Virus record (IMG/VR): IMGVR_UViG_3300044638_006390
Span: 1-61,051 of that record
Strand: one strand, 5' to 3'
DNA length: 61,051 bases
Source: a virus
Taxonomy: Duplodnaviria; Caudoviricetes
In this document: piece by piece, positions 20,859 through 31,140 of the stretch
Layout of the letters: each line of letters begins with the position of its first letter
How positions within the stretch are numbered: position 1 is the first letter of the stretch
The notes under the pieces: model-generated
What the model was told of the DNA's origin: nothing
What the model saw: the letters and a program-made list of their open reading frames with translations, nothing else
Database searches by the model: none
Made by a program: the position numbers and the translations under genes

Positions 20859-23200
20859 GCTCTCAAGTCTCCCAATGCAACCCAAGTGTCAGTAGCTCTT
20901 TTTATTAAAGTGACAGAAGACCACTGTGCTCTTAGTATCAAGCCAGGAGTAGCGTTTATAGTTACGCCACCAGTTGCAGTAATTGTAGTTGCACCTGTTC
21001 CTGTTTGAAGTATTGTAATTTGCGTTCCAACAGGAAAAGGCACAGAAGAATTTAATGGAACAGTTAAAGTATTGGCTGAAGCATTACTTATTTCAACCAT
21101 TTTCCCCTTATCTGAAAGAACTAAAGTGTAAGAAGCAGTTTGGGCATTTGTAATAACATCATCAATTAAGCTTGTTGCAACCCCAGCGGATGCTCTAGTG
21201 AGATCAATGTAGACACCACGGGCATCTCCACCCTGTTCAAAAATACGCAGTCTATTTTGCCAAACGTCAATAGTTACACCAGTTCCAGCAATCGTGCTGT
21301 TAGTTGCCGGTTTGTAAAGCAGTATCTCTCCACCTTCATCTCCATTTGCATGACTTGAAATTAGTCCAGGAGATGCTGTTGCCGTGATTGTTGAAAAAGA
21401 AGAGCTAACAGTATCGTTAACCCAAGCAGATCCATTATATTTTAAAATTTGACCATTTGCGACACTTGTTATCGTAACGTCAGTAAAATCATCTAATACC
21501 GCTGTACCTAGTGAACCAGCTGGACCTGTAGGACCAGTAGGGCCTGTAGGGCCAGTGGCTCCTGTAGCTCCTGTTGGTATAGAAAAGTCAAATACAGCAG
21601 CTCCTGATGAACCAACATTAGTGACAGAAGCTGAAGATCCAGTTGCACCTGTTGTTACTGTTCCTACGGTAATCGTTGCAGCAGAGCCAGTGGGACCTGT
21701 AGGACCTGTTGGGCCTGTTGCTCCAGTGGCTCCTACTGGTATGGAAAAGTCAAATACAGCAGCTCCACTTGTTCCTGAATTGGTAATAGATACCGATGAC
21801 CCAACTGATCCTGTGGTTACTGTTCCTAACGTAATAGTTGCAGCAGGGCCTTGTGGTCCAACGGAACCAGTAGTTGCGGTGTCTGCCCAAATAACAGTAG
21901 TATCTACAGGAGCAGTGCCTTGGACTACTATTCCAGAAGGGCCAGAAGGGCCAGTAGGCCCTGTAGCACCTGTTGCGCCTGTTGGTATAGTAAAGTCAAA
22001 GGTTGCTGCACTTGATGTGCCAGAATTTGTTACTACTGCTGAAGATCCAGCCGAACCAGTAGTGACAGTTCCAACTGCTATAGTAGCAGCAGAGCCAGTA
22101 GAGCCAGTAGAGCCAGTAGGACCTGTCGGTCCAGCAGGACCTGTCGGTCCAGTAAGGCCTGTGTCTCCTCTTGGTATAGCAAAGTCAAAGGTTGCTGCAC
22201 TTGATGTGCCAGAATTTGTTACTACTGCTGAAGATCCAGCCGAACCAGTAGTGACAGTTCCAACTACAATGGTTGCAGCAGAACCAGTAGGTCCTGTGGG
22301 ACCTGTAGGGCCTGTAGGCCCAGTAGCGCCTGTTTGCAGAGTGAAGTCGAGAACCGCTGCAGATGAAGTGCCAGAGTTGATAACGGCAGCTGTGCCAGAC
22401 GACACTGTTCCAACAGTAATGGTTGCAGCAGAACCAGTAGAACCAGTAGAGCCTGTAGGACCTGTAGGACCTGTAAGTCCAGTAGGGCCTGTTGGTCCAG
22501 TAGGGCCTTCTGGACCAGTAGGGCCAATCTCTCCAGCAATGCCAGCAGGACCGACTTCAAGACCTGCTACAGCTATATAGATCGATACTCTAACTGAGTT
22601 AAGAGCGGGTGGGGATTCAAAATATATAGTTATAGAATCTTCTGTAGTTGCTTCCCATTGTGTAATTATTAACCCATAAGGAGAATCAGCTTCTCTAATA
22701 GAAACTGTAACATCTCTGCTACCAAAATTATGACCAATAACAAATTGATCATCTACGTCATTTCCTATTGTAGTGTTAAAAACAGTTCCTTCAAGACTTG
22801 GCTGATTTGTTCCTGTCGCAGCAACATATACAGTTGCTCTTACTGAGTTTGTATCTGGAGGAGAATCAAAATATAGCGTTATGGAATTTTGCGTTGTTGC
22901 TTCCCATGCAACCGCTAGAGAAGAGTATGGAGAAACATATTCTCTAACAGAAACAACAAGATCTCTTGTACTGAAGTTGTGATTAATAACAAACTCTGTA
23001 TCTACACCATTTCCCAGTGTAATGCCATAAGCTGTACCACCGCCTCCTACTACTGCTAAACTAAAATCAACTATTTCATTTAAGCTATTTTTGTAAAATA
23101 TTTTTTCATCATTATAGTTTAAGGCTAGCTCTCCATACTCTAGGTAAGCTGGTGTTGCTGAAGCTGTGCCACTGTTTTTGAGTTTTATAGTATTAGCCAT
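20855..23200 (-). CDS. Collagen-like (Gly-Pro-Thr) fibre protein
   Basis: Several GPT/GAT triplet runs separated by repeated AATI.VGTVTTG...FDF.IP modules; MANTIKLK...GELALN N-terminus. Confidence 0.85.
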   Translation of the reverse strand: MANTIKLKNSGTASATPAYLEYGELALNYNDEKIFYKNSLNEIVDFSLAVVGGGGTAYGITLGNGVDTEFVINHNFSTRDLVVSVREYVSPYSSLAVAWEATTQNSITLYFDSPPDTNSVRATVYVAATGTNQPSLEGTVFNTTIGNDVDDQFVIGHNFGSRDVTVSIREADSPYGLIITQWEATTEDSITIYFESPPALNSVRVSIYIAVAGLEVGPAGIAGEIGPTGPEGPTGPTGPTGLTGPTGPTGSTGSTGSAATITVGTVSSGTAAVINSGTSSAAVLDFTLQTGATGPTGPTGPTGPTGSAATIVVGTVTTGSAGSSAVVTNSGTSSAATFDFAIPRGDTGLTGPTGPAGPTGPTGSTGSTGSAATIAVGTVTTGSAGSSAVVTNSGTSSAATFDFTIPTGATGATGPTGPSGPSGIVVQGTAPVDTTVIWADTATTGSVGPQGPAATITLGTVTTGSVGSSVSITNSGTSGAAVFDFSIPVGATGATGPTGPTGPTGSAATITVGTVTTGATGSSASVTNVGSSGAAVFDFSIPTGATGATGPTGPTGPTGPAGSLGTAVLDDFTDVTITSVANGQILKYNGSAWVNDTVSSSFSTITATASPGLISSHANGDEGGEILLYKPATNSTIAGTGVTIDVWQNRLRIFEQGGDARGVYIDLTRASAGVATSLIDDVITNAQTASYTLVLSDKGKMVEISNASANTLTVPLNSSVPFPVGTQITILQTGTGATTITATGGVTINATPGLILRAQWSSVTLIKRATDTWVALGDLRA
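21992..22265. repeat. 85-bp direct repeat in collagen fibre gene (21992-22076 and 22181-22265)
   Basis: aaagtcaaaggttgctgcacttgatgtgcc...gttccaact present twice. Confidence 0.8.
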
Positions 23201-23212
23201 GATATATCTCTT

Positions 23213-23645
23213 TTACTTAAAGCCAGGGGGGAAGTAGGGAGGGAAGTAGGGAGGAAAGTAGGGAGGAAAGTAGGGAGGAAAGTACGGCGGGAAAAAAGGA
23301 GGAAAGAAAGGTGGGAAGTAAGGAGGAAAAAACGGAGGGAAAAACGGCGGAAAGAAAGGAGGGAAAAACGGCGGAAAAAAAGGAGGAAAGTAAGGAGAAT
23401 ACTTAGTGTAAGCTACATCTTCCTTTAAAGGATAGACAGTAGCAGCTGCAGGTGATTCAGATATGATCTCATCTAACCTAGTTAAGTTTCCACCAGAAGG
23501 GTCATTTAATGCACTGTTAGACACAACTCCGTACGTCGAAGCCTGCTGCCGTAATCTTAGGATCGGCAACAGGCGGTTTGTCTCCAACTATATTTGGTAC
23601 GTTATTTTTTCTTGGTCCTGATGAATTTCCACTACTAATAGCCAT
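23213..23645 (-). CDS. PASTA-domain protein with (PPxF)14 tail; +1 frameshift at about 23531
   Basis: ATG 23645 gives MAISSG...VPNIVGDKPPVADPKITAAGFDV; +1 frame continues GVVSN...IISESPAAATVYP, together matching a PASTA repeat. Confidence 0.7.
23222..23392 (-). repeat. 12-nt degenerate tandem repeat encoding PPFF/PPYF
   Basis: e.g. gggaggaaagta repeated on + strand. Confidence 0.9.
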
Positions 23646-23721
23646 GTGCTGCCCTGTACTCTAAAGAAGCTGGAATTACTAAAGCTGTGTCACTATTTTT
23701 TATTTTCATAGTATTAGCCAT
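23635..23721 (-). pseudogene. 28-codon remnant of a fibre N-terminal domain
   Basis: MANTMKIKNSDTALVIPASLEY resembles MANTIKLKNSGTASATPAYLEY at 23200. Confidence 0.55.
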
Positions 23722-23762
23722 TAGTCTTTCCATTCTAACTAAGTTATTATAACATAATTTAA

Positions 23763-25757
23763 TTAGAAGGTTCCACCATCAATTGTATATGAGTCAACTC
23801 CAAGTGTAGTTCTAGCTGTTGCTGCATCTACGTCGTCAAGAAGTGTTCTAGCAAAAGAAGTCAATGTTGCGACTGCTGCAGTTCCTGATCCAGTAAAATA
23901 TGGCAAGGCGTCTGCTGCAGAGGTTAGCCCTGCTATTGCCCCAAGGTTTGCACTGTATGCCTGTACGTTCGTCCCAATGGCCAATCCAAGGGCTGTACGA
24001 GCTGCTCCAGCGTCCGTAGAGCCTGTTCCACCGTTAGCTATGGCTATTGTAGTGCCATTCCATGTACCAGTTGATATTGTACCAACTGAGGTGAGGCTTG
24101 ATGCAGTTACTCCTGAACCAAGAGTTGAACCAGACAGTACTGAAGTTCCTGCAATTAGCAATGACTTTCCAGTTAGAAGGTTCATGTTCTCAGACGAAGT
24201 CCATGCATCAGTTGCGTCAACCCAGTTAAAGGTCTTGTCTGTATCACCCTTAAGGGTAAGACCTCCACCATCAGCACCTGCGTCTGTTGGTGTTGTGACC
24301 GCTCCGAGTACAAGGTTCTTGTCGTCAATAGTAATTTCTGTTGAGTTAATTGTAGTTGTTGTACCGTTAACTGTTAAATCCCCTGAAAGTACAAGGGACG
24401 TACCTGTAGCAGCTCCGATGTTTGGCGTTACAAGTGTTGGCGTGTTAGCAAATACAAGTGCTCCAGTACCAGTTTCGTCAGATATAATTCCAGCAAGTTC
24501 CGATGAAGAGGTTGCTGCAAAATCGGAAAGCTTATTGTTAGTAAGTGCTACAGTGCCAGTTGCATCTGGAAGTGTGATTGTGCGGTCTGCGGTTGGGTCC
24601 GTGACAGCAAGTGTTGTCTCATGGGCATCAGCTGTCGCACCTTCAAAAACCACCGAACCATCATTAAATACTGCTCCAGTAATTACTGGGCTTGTTAAAG
24701 TTTTATTAGTAAGCGTTTGAATATCAGTTGTTCCAACAACATTTCCAGTAACACCATGCACTGAGGTTGTAGCTGATGAGTGAGTTGATACATACCCAGA
24801 AGCAGTTGATTCTGCTGCGCTTTGAGCTGCAGCGGCAGCACCATAGGCGTCATAGGTATTTGTTGTTACTGAAATCACACCTGTTGAATCAGAATAGGTA
24901 AGGCCTGTTCCAACTGAGTTTCCTATAGCATCTTGGGCAGCTTCATTAAAGTCTGTAACTGCACTTGCTGGGATAGCAATTGTTGCGGTTCCAGCTGCGG
25001 TTAAACGACCTTGTGCATCAACTGTAAAGGTTGAAACAGCTGTAGCTGAACCAAATGAACCAGCAGTTACTGTAGTATTGTCAAGGTTTAAGGTAAGCGT
25101 GTCAGTTGCAGAGGCTACTGATGTTAGGCCTGTGCCTCCAACTATAACAAATGTATCTCCACCAGAAATGGTGAGATTGTCACCATCATCTGCATCTACT
25201 GTAAATGAAGTGGATATAGAAGCTGTTCCAGCTGCCGTCAAACGACCTTGCGCATCGACCGTGAAGGTCGGGATTGCACTAGCCGAACCATAAGATCCAG
25301 CTGTTACGGCTGTATTATCAAGGTTGATAGTTATAGTGTCTGTGGATGAACCTGCAGACGTGAGGCCAACTCCACCAGAGATTGTTAGAGTGTCTGTTCC
25401 TGTCGTTATAGTTTGATTCGTGCCACCGTCACCTGCAACAGTAAATGTTGTTGCAACTGCGCCAACTGCAGTATCAACATAAAGCTTAGTAGCTGCATGA
25501 GCATTAGAGGATGGCGTTGCAACTGAAAGTGTTCCAGAAAATGTTTTATTTCCAGTTACAGTTTGAGTGCCAGTTAGTCCTAAGAATGCACCAGGGCCAG
25601 CAATGGCCAAAACTGTGGTTGCGTCACCGCTTGTGTCACCTTTTCCGTAATACAGAGTTTCATCTACTTCGTTAAATGCTAACTCTGCATTCTTTAGGCT
25701 AGATGGAGCTCCTGATGCACCGCTAGTTCTTCTTTTGATTCTAATTGTATTTGCCAT
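23763..25757 (-). CDS. Long Thr/Gly/Ala-rich fibre protein
   Basis: [10 protein letters not shown]...ELAFNE N-terminus; duplicated TAGSYG...[13 protein letters not shown]; IDGGTF end. Confidence 0.75.
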   Translation of the reverse strand: MANTIRIKRRTSGASGAPSSLKNAELAFNEVDETLYYGKGDTSGDATTVLAIAGPGAFLGLTGTQTVTGNKTFSGTLSVATPSSNAHAATKLYVDTAVGAVATTFTVAGDGGTNQTITTGTDTLTISGGVGLTSAGSSTDTITINLDNTAVTAGSYGSASAIPTFTVDAQGRLTAAGTASISTSFTVDADDGDNLTISGGDTFVIVGGTGLTSVASATDTLTLNLDNTTVTAGSFGSATAVSTFTVDAQGRLTAAGTATIAIPASAVTDFNEAAQDAIGNSVGTGLTYSDSTGVISVTTNTYDAYGAAAAAQSAAESTASGYVSTHSSATTSVHGVTGNVVGTTDIQTLTNKTLTSPVITGAVFNDGSVVFEGATADAHETTLAVTDPTADRTITLPDATGTVALTNNKLSDFAATSSSELAGIISDETGTGALVFANTPTLVTPNIGAATGTSLVLSGDLTVNGTTTTINSTEITIDDKNLVLGAVTTPTDAGADGGGLTLKGDTDKTFNWVDATDAWTSSENMNLLTGKSLLIAGTSVLSGSTLGSGVTASSLTSVGTISTGTWNGTTIAIANGGTGSTDAGAARTALGLAIGTNVQAYSANLGAIAGLTSAADALPYFTGSGTAAVATLTSFARTLLDDVDAATARTTLGVDSYTIDGGTF

Positions 25758-25759
25758 TT

Positions 25760-26098
25760 TTAAAAGTTTCCTCCATCAGTAACGTCTTTTTCGGCGTAAT
25801 TAACCCATTGGGAACCGTTGTAACGCAATACATTGCCTGTACTTACTTCACCAATAGTAACATCTGTCAGTCCATTTAAAACTGACTGAGTAGATATAGC
25901 TGACTCTGTTGCTATAATTCGATCTTTAATAGTTAAATGTGATCCAGCTGGATTTATTCCTAATACCGTCTGGACTGCTTCTACAGCGTCATTAACGTTT
26001 GCATGCTGTAAATGGTGTGGGACTGTTGTAGAATTCAAAGTGTCAGTTGACAGAGGATTCTGCAAAACGTCTAAAGAATTTGGATAATTTGTAGCCAT
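25760..26098 (-). CDS. Small virion/fibre-associated protein
   Basis: [12 protein letters not shown]; [13 protein letters not shown]; DGGNF end. Confidence 0.6.
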   Translation of the reverse strand: MATNYPNSLDVLQNPLSTDTLNSTTVPHHLQHANVNDAVEAVQTVLGINPAGSHLTIKDRIIATESAISTQSVLNGLTDVTIGEVSTGNVLRYNGSQWVNYAEKDVTDGGNF

Positions 26099-26107
26099 TT
26101 TAAACCT

Positions 26108-26518
26108 TTATAAAGAGATAATCTTAGTTGAATCATTACTCCACACTATAGTAATGTTGAGTACTGTATTAATACCTGCAAAAGGTATACCTGTTGCAGT
26201 ATCTATGTGAGCTATTAGTCTTGATGTGGCATCTGACCCTGTATCTACATAGAGTATGACTGATTGAAAAGCGTTTCCTGGATAATCAACTATAGTTAAA
26301 TCATCTGCATCTAGGACGCCTAATGTATTTTGCACGTTTAGTAATGCGGTAGACCTAGCTTTTATTGAAGACGAAGAAATGTCAGAAACAAATTGGTGTG
26401 TGTTTTGAGATAAAGTATAAGTGCTATCTACGAGAAGTACTTTTAAAGACTGAGAAGAAACATTTATTTGACCATTTAATAATGACTGTTTAGCTTTCCC
26501 GTATATTAAATTAGCCAT
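26108..26518 (-). CDS. Putative virion structural protein
   Basis: 136-aa beta-rich ORF in structural operon. Confidence 0.55.
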   Translation of the reverse strand: MANLIYGKAKQSLLNGQINVSSQSLKVLLVDSTYTLSQNTHQFVSDISSSSIKARSTALLNVQNTLGVLDADDLTIVDYPGNAFQSVILYVDTGSDATSRLIAHIDTATGIPFAGINTVLNITIVWSNDSTKIISL

Positions 26519-26520
26519 TA

Positions 26521-27291
26521 TTATATGCCAATGTCTTTTGAAACTATAATTCTATATTTATAATCATTTTCAAAATAAGTAGCTCCAGCAGCAAAGTAAG
26601 AAGGCGTTGCATCTGTGGATGGAAAATCTACATAAACATCAGGCTTCCAAGAGTGGGTAGAAATTTCAGGTTCTAGATTCTCCCATCTAATTGGAGTTCT
26701 TTGTATTTTTTTTCTTTGTATTTTAAAATAGTTTCTATTCAAAAAGTTTGATGCTGGTCTAGCATTAAAGCTTATAATGACTCTTCCGTTATTGTAATCG
26801 TTATCTAAATAAAAGTCTCCATTTTGAGGATCAATTGATTTAATGTAGAAGTTAGGGTTTTTAGCAATTACATGCATACTGGTGTATGCGTCTGCTCTAA
26901 TTGAATGGTCTTCAATTAAGATCTCTTGTATTTCAGGGACTCTGATAGAAGAGAACGATGACGGCGTTGCATCATCTGTTTTTGTAAATAGAACTTGTTC
27001 TTCATCAATTAGCTCATTAGCTGCATCAAGAAAACCTGACACTCTAATAATATAACTTGTATTTGGAGCTAACTGCTTATCCCAGTATAGAATTAACGAT
27101 CTTGATATTTGATTATAATCAGTTATTGTATTAATGGTCTGAAAAGGTCCACTTATAACACTTGGTGTTGCAGAGTCTGTCTGTACAGTAAAGTTTTGAT
27201 TGACTAGACTTGATATCTTTATCGTTCTACCAAATTTTAGAACAACGGTATTTAAATCTACCTGTGCGTATTCGAGCAGGTTTAATGCCAC
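26521..27291 (-). CDS. Ig-like domain virion protein (start revised to GTG 27291)
   Basis: LAPNTSYIIRVSG and IKSIDP Ig-like segments; GGAG upstream. Confidence 0.55.
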   Translation of the reverse strand: MALNLLEYAQVDLNTVVLKFGRTIKISSLVNQNFTVQTDSATPSVISGPFQTINTITDYNQISRSLILYWDKQLAPNTSYIIRVSGFLDAANELIDEEQVLFTKTDDATPSSFSSIRVPEIQEILIEDHSIRADAYTSMHVIAKNPNFYIKSIDPQNGDFYLDNDYNNGRVIISFNARPASNFLNRNYFKIQRKKIQRTPIRWENLEPEISTHSWKPDVYVDFPSTDATPSYFAAGATYFENDYKYRIIVSKDIGI

Positions 27292-27345
27292 AATATTCTC
27301 CTTAACCCACAATTCTTATAATAAACTAGTAACGCTTAAACCATA

Positions 27346-27385
27346 CAAAAACAACAGGGGGTGGCCATAAAGCCACCCCCTGTCG
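27346..27385 (-). terminator. Intrinsic terminator after major capsid gene
   Basis: ACAGGGGGTGGC-cataaa-GCCACCCCCTGT perfect stem with U-tract on - strand. Confidence 0.85.
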
Positions 27386-27425
27386 CTAGAGTAATCGTAA
27401 CTATAACTACCCTAAGATTTGCGTG

Positions 27426-28484
27426 CTATGTAAGCTGGTTGAAAACCTGAACTTCATAGTTACGTGCAAGGTTGATGTTCTTAGCAACGGTAATACCTTC
27501 ACCGTCACCGAGCATCACGATGTCGTAGCGCTCTTTCATCTTCATTTGACGAATGTCACGACTTGGATCATCGAACTGATCTGTTGTCATTTCATCCTTA
27601 ACAAGGAGTGTTCCCACTTCGTTGCGGTCAATCAAGAAAAGGTCAGACTTAGCTGGTGTTGCGCCAGCCTTAGCTGTGAAGCTTACGAATGGTGAAACTA
27701 TAACGTTGAGACCCATTGGGGCTGTAGCGTTAAGAGCTGCATCTGGACCCTGAGGACGGTATCCCCAGCTTGTGTTAACTGCAGAAGCTGCGCCACCCAT
27801 GTGGAAAATAGCGTCCTTCAAGAAGACAGACCACATCAAAGGATGTAGAATGAAGTCTGTTGGTACGTGCTTTTCTGCCATGAGCACTGCTGCCATGTCT
27901 ACAACGTCATCCCAGCGAATGGTACCGTTGGCTGCGCCGTCAATACCGAGACCGGTTGTGTCGTCATTTCCACCAGCAGTGTTGTCGAATACAACAGTAG
28001 CTGCATCCTTAAAACGGCTAAGTGCGATTTGCTCTTTCAAGCGAGCCATTGCACGACCTGCTGCTCTCACATGCAAGCCTACGATGTCCCAAAGTGAGTC
28101 AGCGATGACTTCCTCGGTGAATGAAAGCTTGACACCCTTTTTGGATACCTTACCCTCAATCTGCTTTGCGAAGGCTAATGCCTGCTCTGGATACTCTTGT
28201 CCTTCTGGGATCTCTGCTGCTTGAATAGCGTTGACTGCTGGGAACTCCAAGGAGCGTCCCTTTCCAAGGCGGACTACTGAAAGAAGTGGCGTTACCAACA
28301 ATTGTGGCTCAGCTGCTTCTCTAAGGGTACGAGAGATGACTTTAGGAAAAAGTGCAGCAGCGTCAGCTGAAGCAAAAGCTTCCTTAATAGTTACTCTGTT
28401 ATCTTCATCAATATGTCCGTCTTCGGCCAGCGCGGCTTCCCAAGCTGGGAGACCCGAGAGGAGCTCTTGGATTGTTTTACTCAT
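27426..28484 (-). CDS. Major capsid protein
   Basis: 352 aa after protease and decoration genes; EIPEGQEYPE, KKGV.L.FTEE, ERYD patterns typical of HK97-fold capsids; strong terminator follows. Confidence 0.85.
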   Translation of the reverse strand: MSKTIQELLSGLPAWEAALAEDGHIDEDNRVTIKEAFASADAAALFPKVISRTLREAAEPQLLVTPLLSVVRLGKGRSLEFPAVNAIQAAEIPEGQEYPEQALAFAKQIEGKVSKKGVKLSFTEEVIADSLWDIVGLHVRAAGRAMARLKEQIALSRFKDAATVVFDNTAGGNDDTTGLGIDGAANGTIRWDDVVDMAAVLMAEKHVPTDFILHPLMWSVFLKDAIFHMGGAASAVNTSWGYRPQGPDAALNATAPMGLNVIVSPFVSFTAKAGATPAKSDLFLIDRNEVGTLLVKDEMTTDQFDDPSRDIRQMKMKERYDIVMLGDGEGITVAKNINLARNYEVQVFNQLT

Positions 28485-28522
28485 CTTAGGATTTTCCTCC
28501 TGTTATCTTTCTTCTTTGTTAA

Positions 28523-29287
28523 TTAGAGTGTTAAGTTGACGCGGAATGCGCCCTTGACATTGTGTACATCCAGGTTGCTACGGATACCAAGCTTGCCTGA
28601 GAAAGAGCCTGAACGAGTAAGTTCAAACACTGTCTTAAGTGCACCTGGGTCTGATGGCAATTGCATGTAGGAAAGTAAGCCATCATCAAAGTTGGTAGCA
28701 AACGTTTCTACTTCTATAACCTTACCAACCTGGAGGTAAGGATTTGTACCACACAAGGTAGTTGTCAAGTTAACGGCACGTCCCATGTGGTCAGCTCTAA
28801 TGAGCGAACCAACTGTTACGTCATCGTTAATACCAACGACCATTGGATACTCTACATAACCGTGTGTAATGAATCCAGCACCTTGTGAGGTACCTTTGTC
28901 AAATGGTCTGTAGAGATCGTATTGTGCTACACCAATTGGGTTCGAAAGAGCTCCAACTGTGACTGTGTCTGTTGCACCAGAAACATATGATGGCGTTGCG
29001 CCGTCAAGTGGATCCCATGATGCTGGAGCTACGTCGCCCCAAGTAACGCTTGATGCGCTACCATTTGCAGGAACTACCATTGCGTCACCCGTTGATGCAT
29101 TTGCAACTACGGAAAGAATGGTTCCCTTTGGAATAACGATCTCGAAACGATCGTCTTCACTGTCTGCGTACCAGGTAGGAAGACCTTGGCTTGGAAGCAA
29201 GTAAGCTGCTGGAGCGATGCCCTCAGAAACTACAAAACGACCTGAACCTGTCTTAGTCCCTACCTTACGAAATTTTGCTAAACTCAT
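28523..29287 (-). CDS. Putative head decoration/minor capsid protein
   Basis: Between scaffold and capsid genes; beta-rich. Confidence 0.6.
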   Translation of the reverse strand: MSLAKFRKVGTKTGSGRFVVSEGIAPAAYLLPSQGLPTWYADSEDDRFEIVIPKGTILSVVANASTGDAMVVPANGSASSVTWGDVAPASWDPLDGATPSYVSGATDTVTVGALSNPIGVAQYDLYRPFDKGTSQGAGFITHGYVEYPMVVGINDDVTVGSLIRADHMGRAVNLTTTLCGTNPYLQVGKVIEVETFATNFDDGLLSYMQLPSDPGALKTVFELTRSGSFSGKLGIRSNLDVHNVKGAFRVNLTL

Positions 29288-29316
29288 TTAGTTTTCTCCT
29301 TAAGATATTATTGTTA

Positions 29317-31054
29317 TTAAAGTTTACGACGGCCCATAAGCGCATCTACGAATAGTTGCTCTGGAGTGTTGATCACTTTTTCTTTGACTTTTTCTTCATC
29401 GTCCTTACCTAAAGTGATGACATTGCCTTCACCCTCGATAACTGCGATTTCAGAATCCATCTCCAACATATTGCCTCTTGCATTTTTTGCAGTTGGCATT
29501 TTTGCTAGATCTCTTAACGAATCGGCAAGTGAAGAAGCACTTCTTGAAGTGTGACCTTCAATGAGCTCTTCTCTTACTTCGTGTGACTCAACTCCAGCTG
29601 CAATTTTTGCGTCAACAACTCTTTCAACAAGAGTTCTATGCAATGCACTTCTGAGCTTTTGATTTTCTTCTTCAAGTAAATGAAGTTTTTTCATTAAATC
29701 ATCGGAATCTTGCTCAGAGACTACATTAGCGTCAGTGAGCTCTACCTTTGAATCTTCATCTACCTTATTCTCTTCAGCGACTTCAGGATTAGCTGATTCA
29801 ACTGCCTCTAAGGCAAGTTCTTCTACTAATTCTGGAACTACTGCAGACTCTTGCTCATCAGCAGCTGGTGCTGTCGATGAGTCTTTTGCAAGCTGAGCTT
29901 CAAGTTCAGCAATCTTTTCGTTTGCCTTTTTGAGAGCATCAGCTGTTTCATCTTGTGAATCTGTAACTGTTTCTACAGCTACTTCTTCTTCAGCCTTGAT
30001 TGACTCTTCTGCTTCTGGAGCGTCAGCAGCAGGAGTTTCCTCAACTACTTCTTCAGCTTCTGGTGCTGGTGCTGTTTCTGGATCTTCTTCAGCTTCTTGT
30101 ACTGAGCCTGAAGCTATTGCCGACAGGTCATTGCTAAGATCTTCAACAGCTGCGAGGATATCCTCACTTTTAACATTCTTTTTCATATTTGAGTTCTCCT
30201 CATAGCTATTACTATCTTTGTTCTCATTAGATAGTAACGAGTTGTTATTGTTATTGTAGTCTTCGCTCTCATGGATGGCTAGAGCTGTCAAGAATGCACC
30301 TTTTAAGTGCAAGTAAAGTGGCTTTGATTCTTTCTTCTTCATAGAATTAAGAATTGATTCATTCTCTTCTACGGACACAATATCTTCCGTGTCCATGTGA
30401 AGGACAAAAGCCGAACTCTTTGCGACCCAACCGTCTTGAGAGTCTTGAAGCGGTGTTCCATCATTAGGATTAATAGCTCTAATGCTAGACTTTTGATCTG
30501 CAGGCTGGTTAACAAAAGAATACTCTTTAAAAGAAATATCTTGCATGTCTGTATAGGCAAGCTTGCCCTTATAGACTTGACCTCTCTTGTATTTAGAAAC
30601 TGCTGGTCTTCCACTCTCTGTCTCTTTTGCGAGATCATCTCCAGAGATTGAACAGACTGCTTTGCCAGCTCTACCGCCAACTGAACCTGTTAAGTATCTT
30701 TTGTCAAGAACTTTTTGAATAGCTAACGGATCTGTTATTGCAATCTGCAAGCGAACGAAAGAGCTTCCATCAGCTTCTTTGTCCATCCTGGCTGCCATTA
30801 CTCGGCCCATTGGCTCTGAGTTTAAATCGTGGTTTAATATAATAGGCTTTGGATATGGCTCAACCCATGATTGCAAAGCTTTTTCTAACTCAATTGCTGA
30901 GTAGTTATTATAGTTTCCGTGTAAGACCTTCGTGGATAGCAGCGACTTCTATAATAAGTCCTTGATTGGAGGCAACTGACTCTCCGAAGTTAAAATCTGT
31001 TTTAGAAAAATCTGGCAGTACGACTGTGAAATTTTCTGTGAAATCAAATGCCAT
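29317..31054 (-). CDS. Prohead protease/scaffold; +1 frameshift at about 30919
   Basis: ATG 31054 (GGAG upstream) MAFDF...IEVAAIHEGLT joins GNYNNYS...PIILNHD...MGRV...TGSVG...EYSFVNQPAD; acidic coiled-coil tail. Confidence 0.8.
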
Positions 31055-31140
31055 TAACATCTCCATGCTGATATGGTTTTTTCTCGTTGTTATTAATAGT
31101 AAGTTCCTTTTATACCATTAAACAATTTTATATAAAGATA

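Noticed and set aside
21555-25293. Long + strand ORFs antisense to the fibre genes
   Set aside because: Shadow frames of repetitive Gly/Thr/Ala-rich genes; no RBS or independent motifs.
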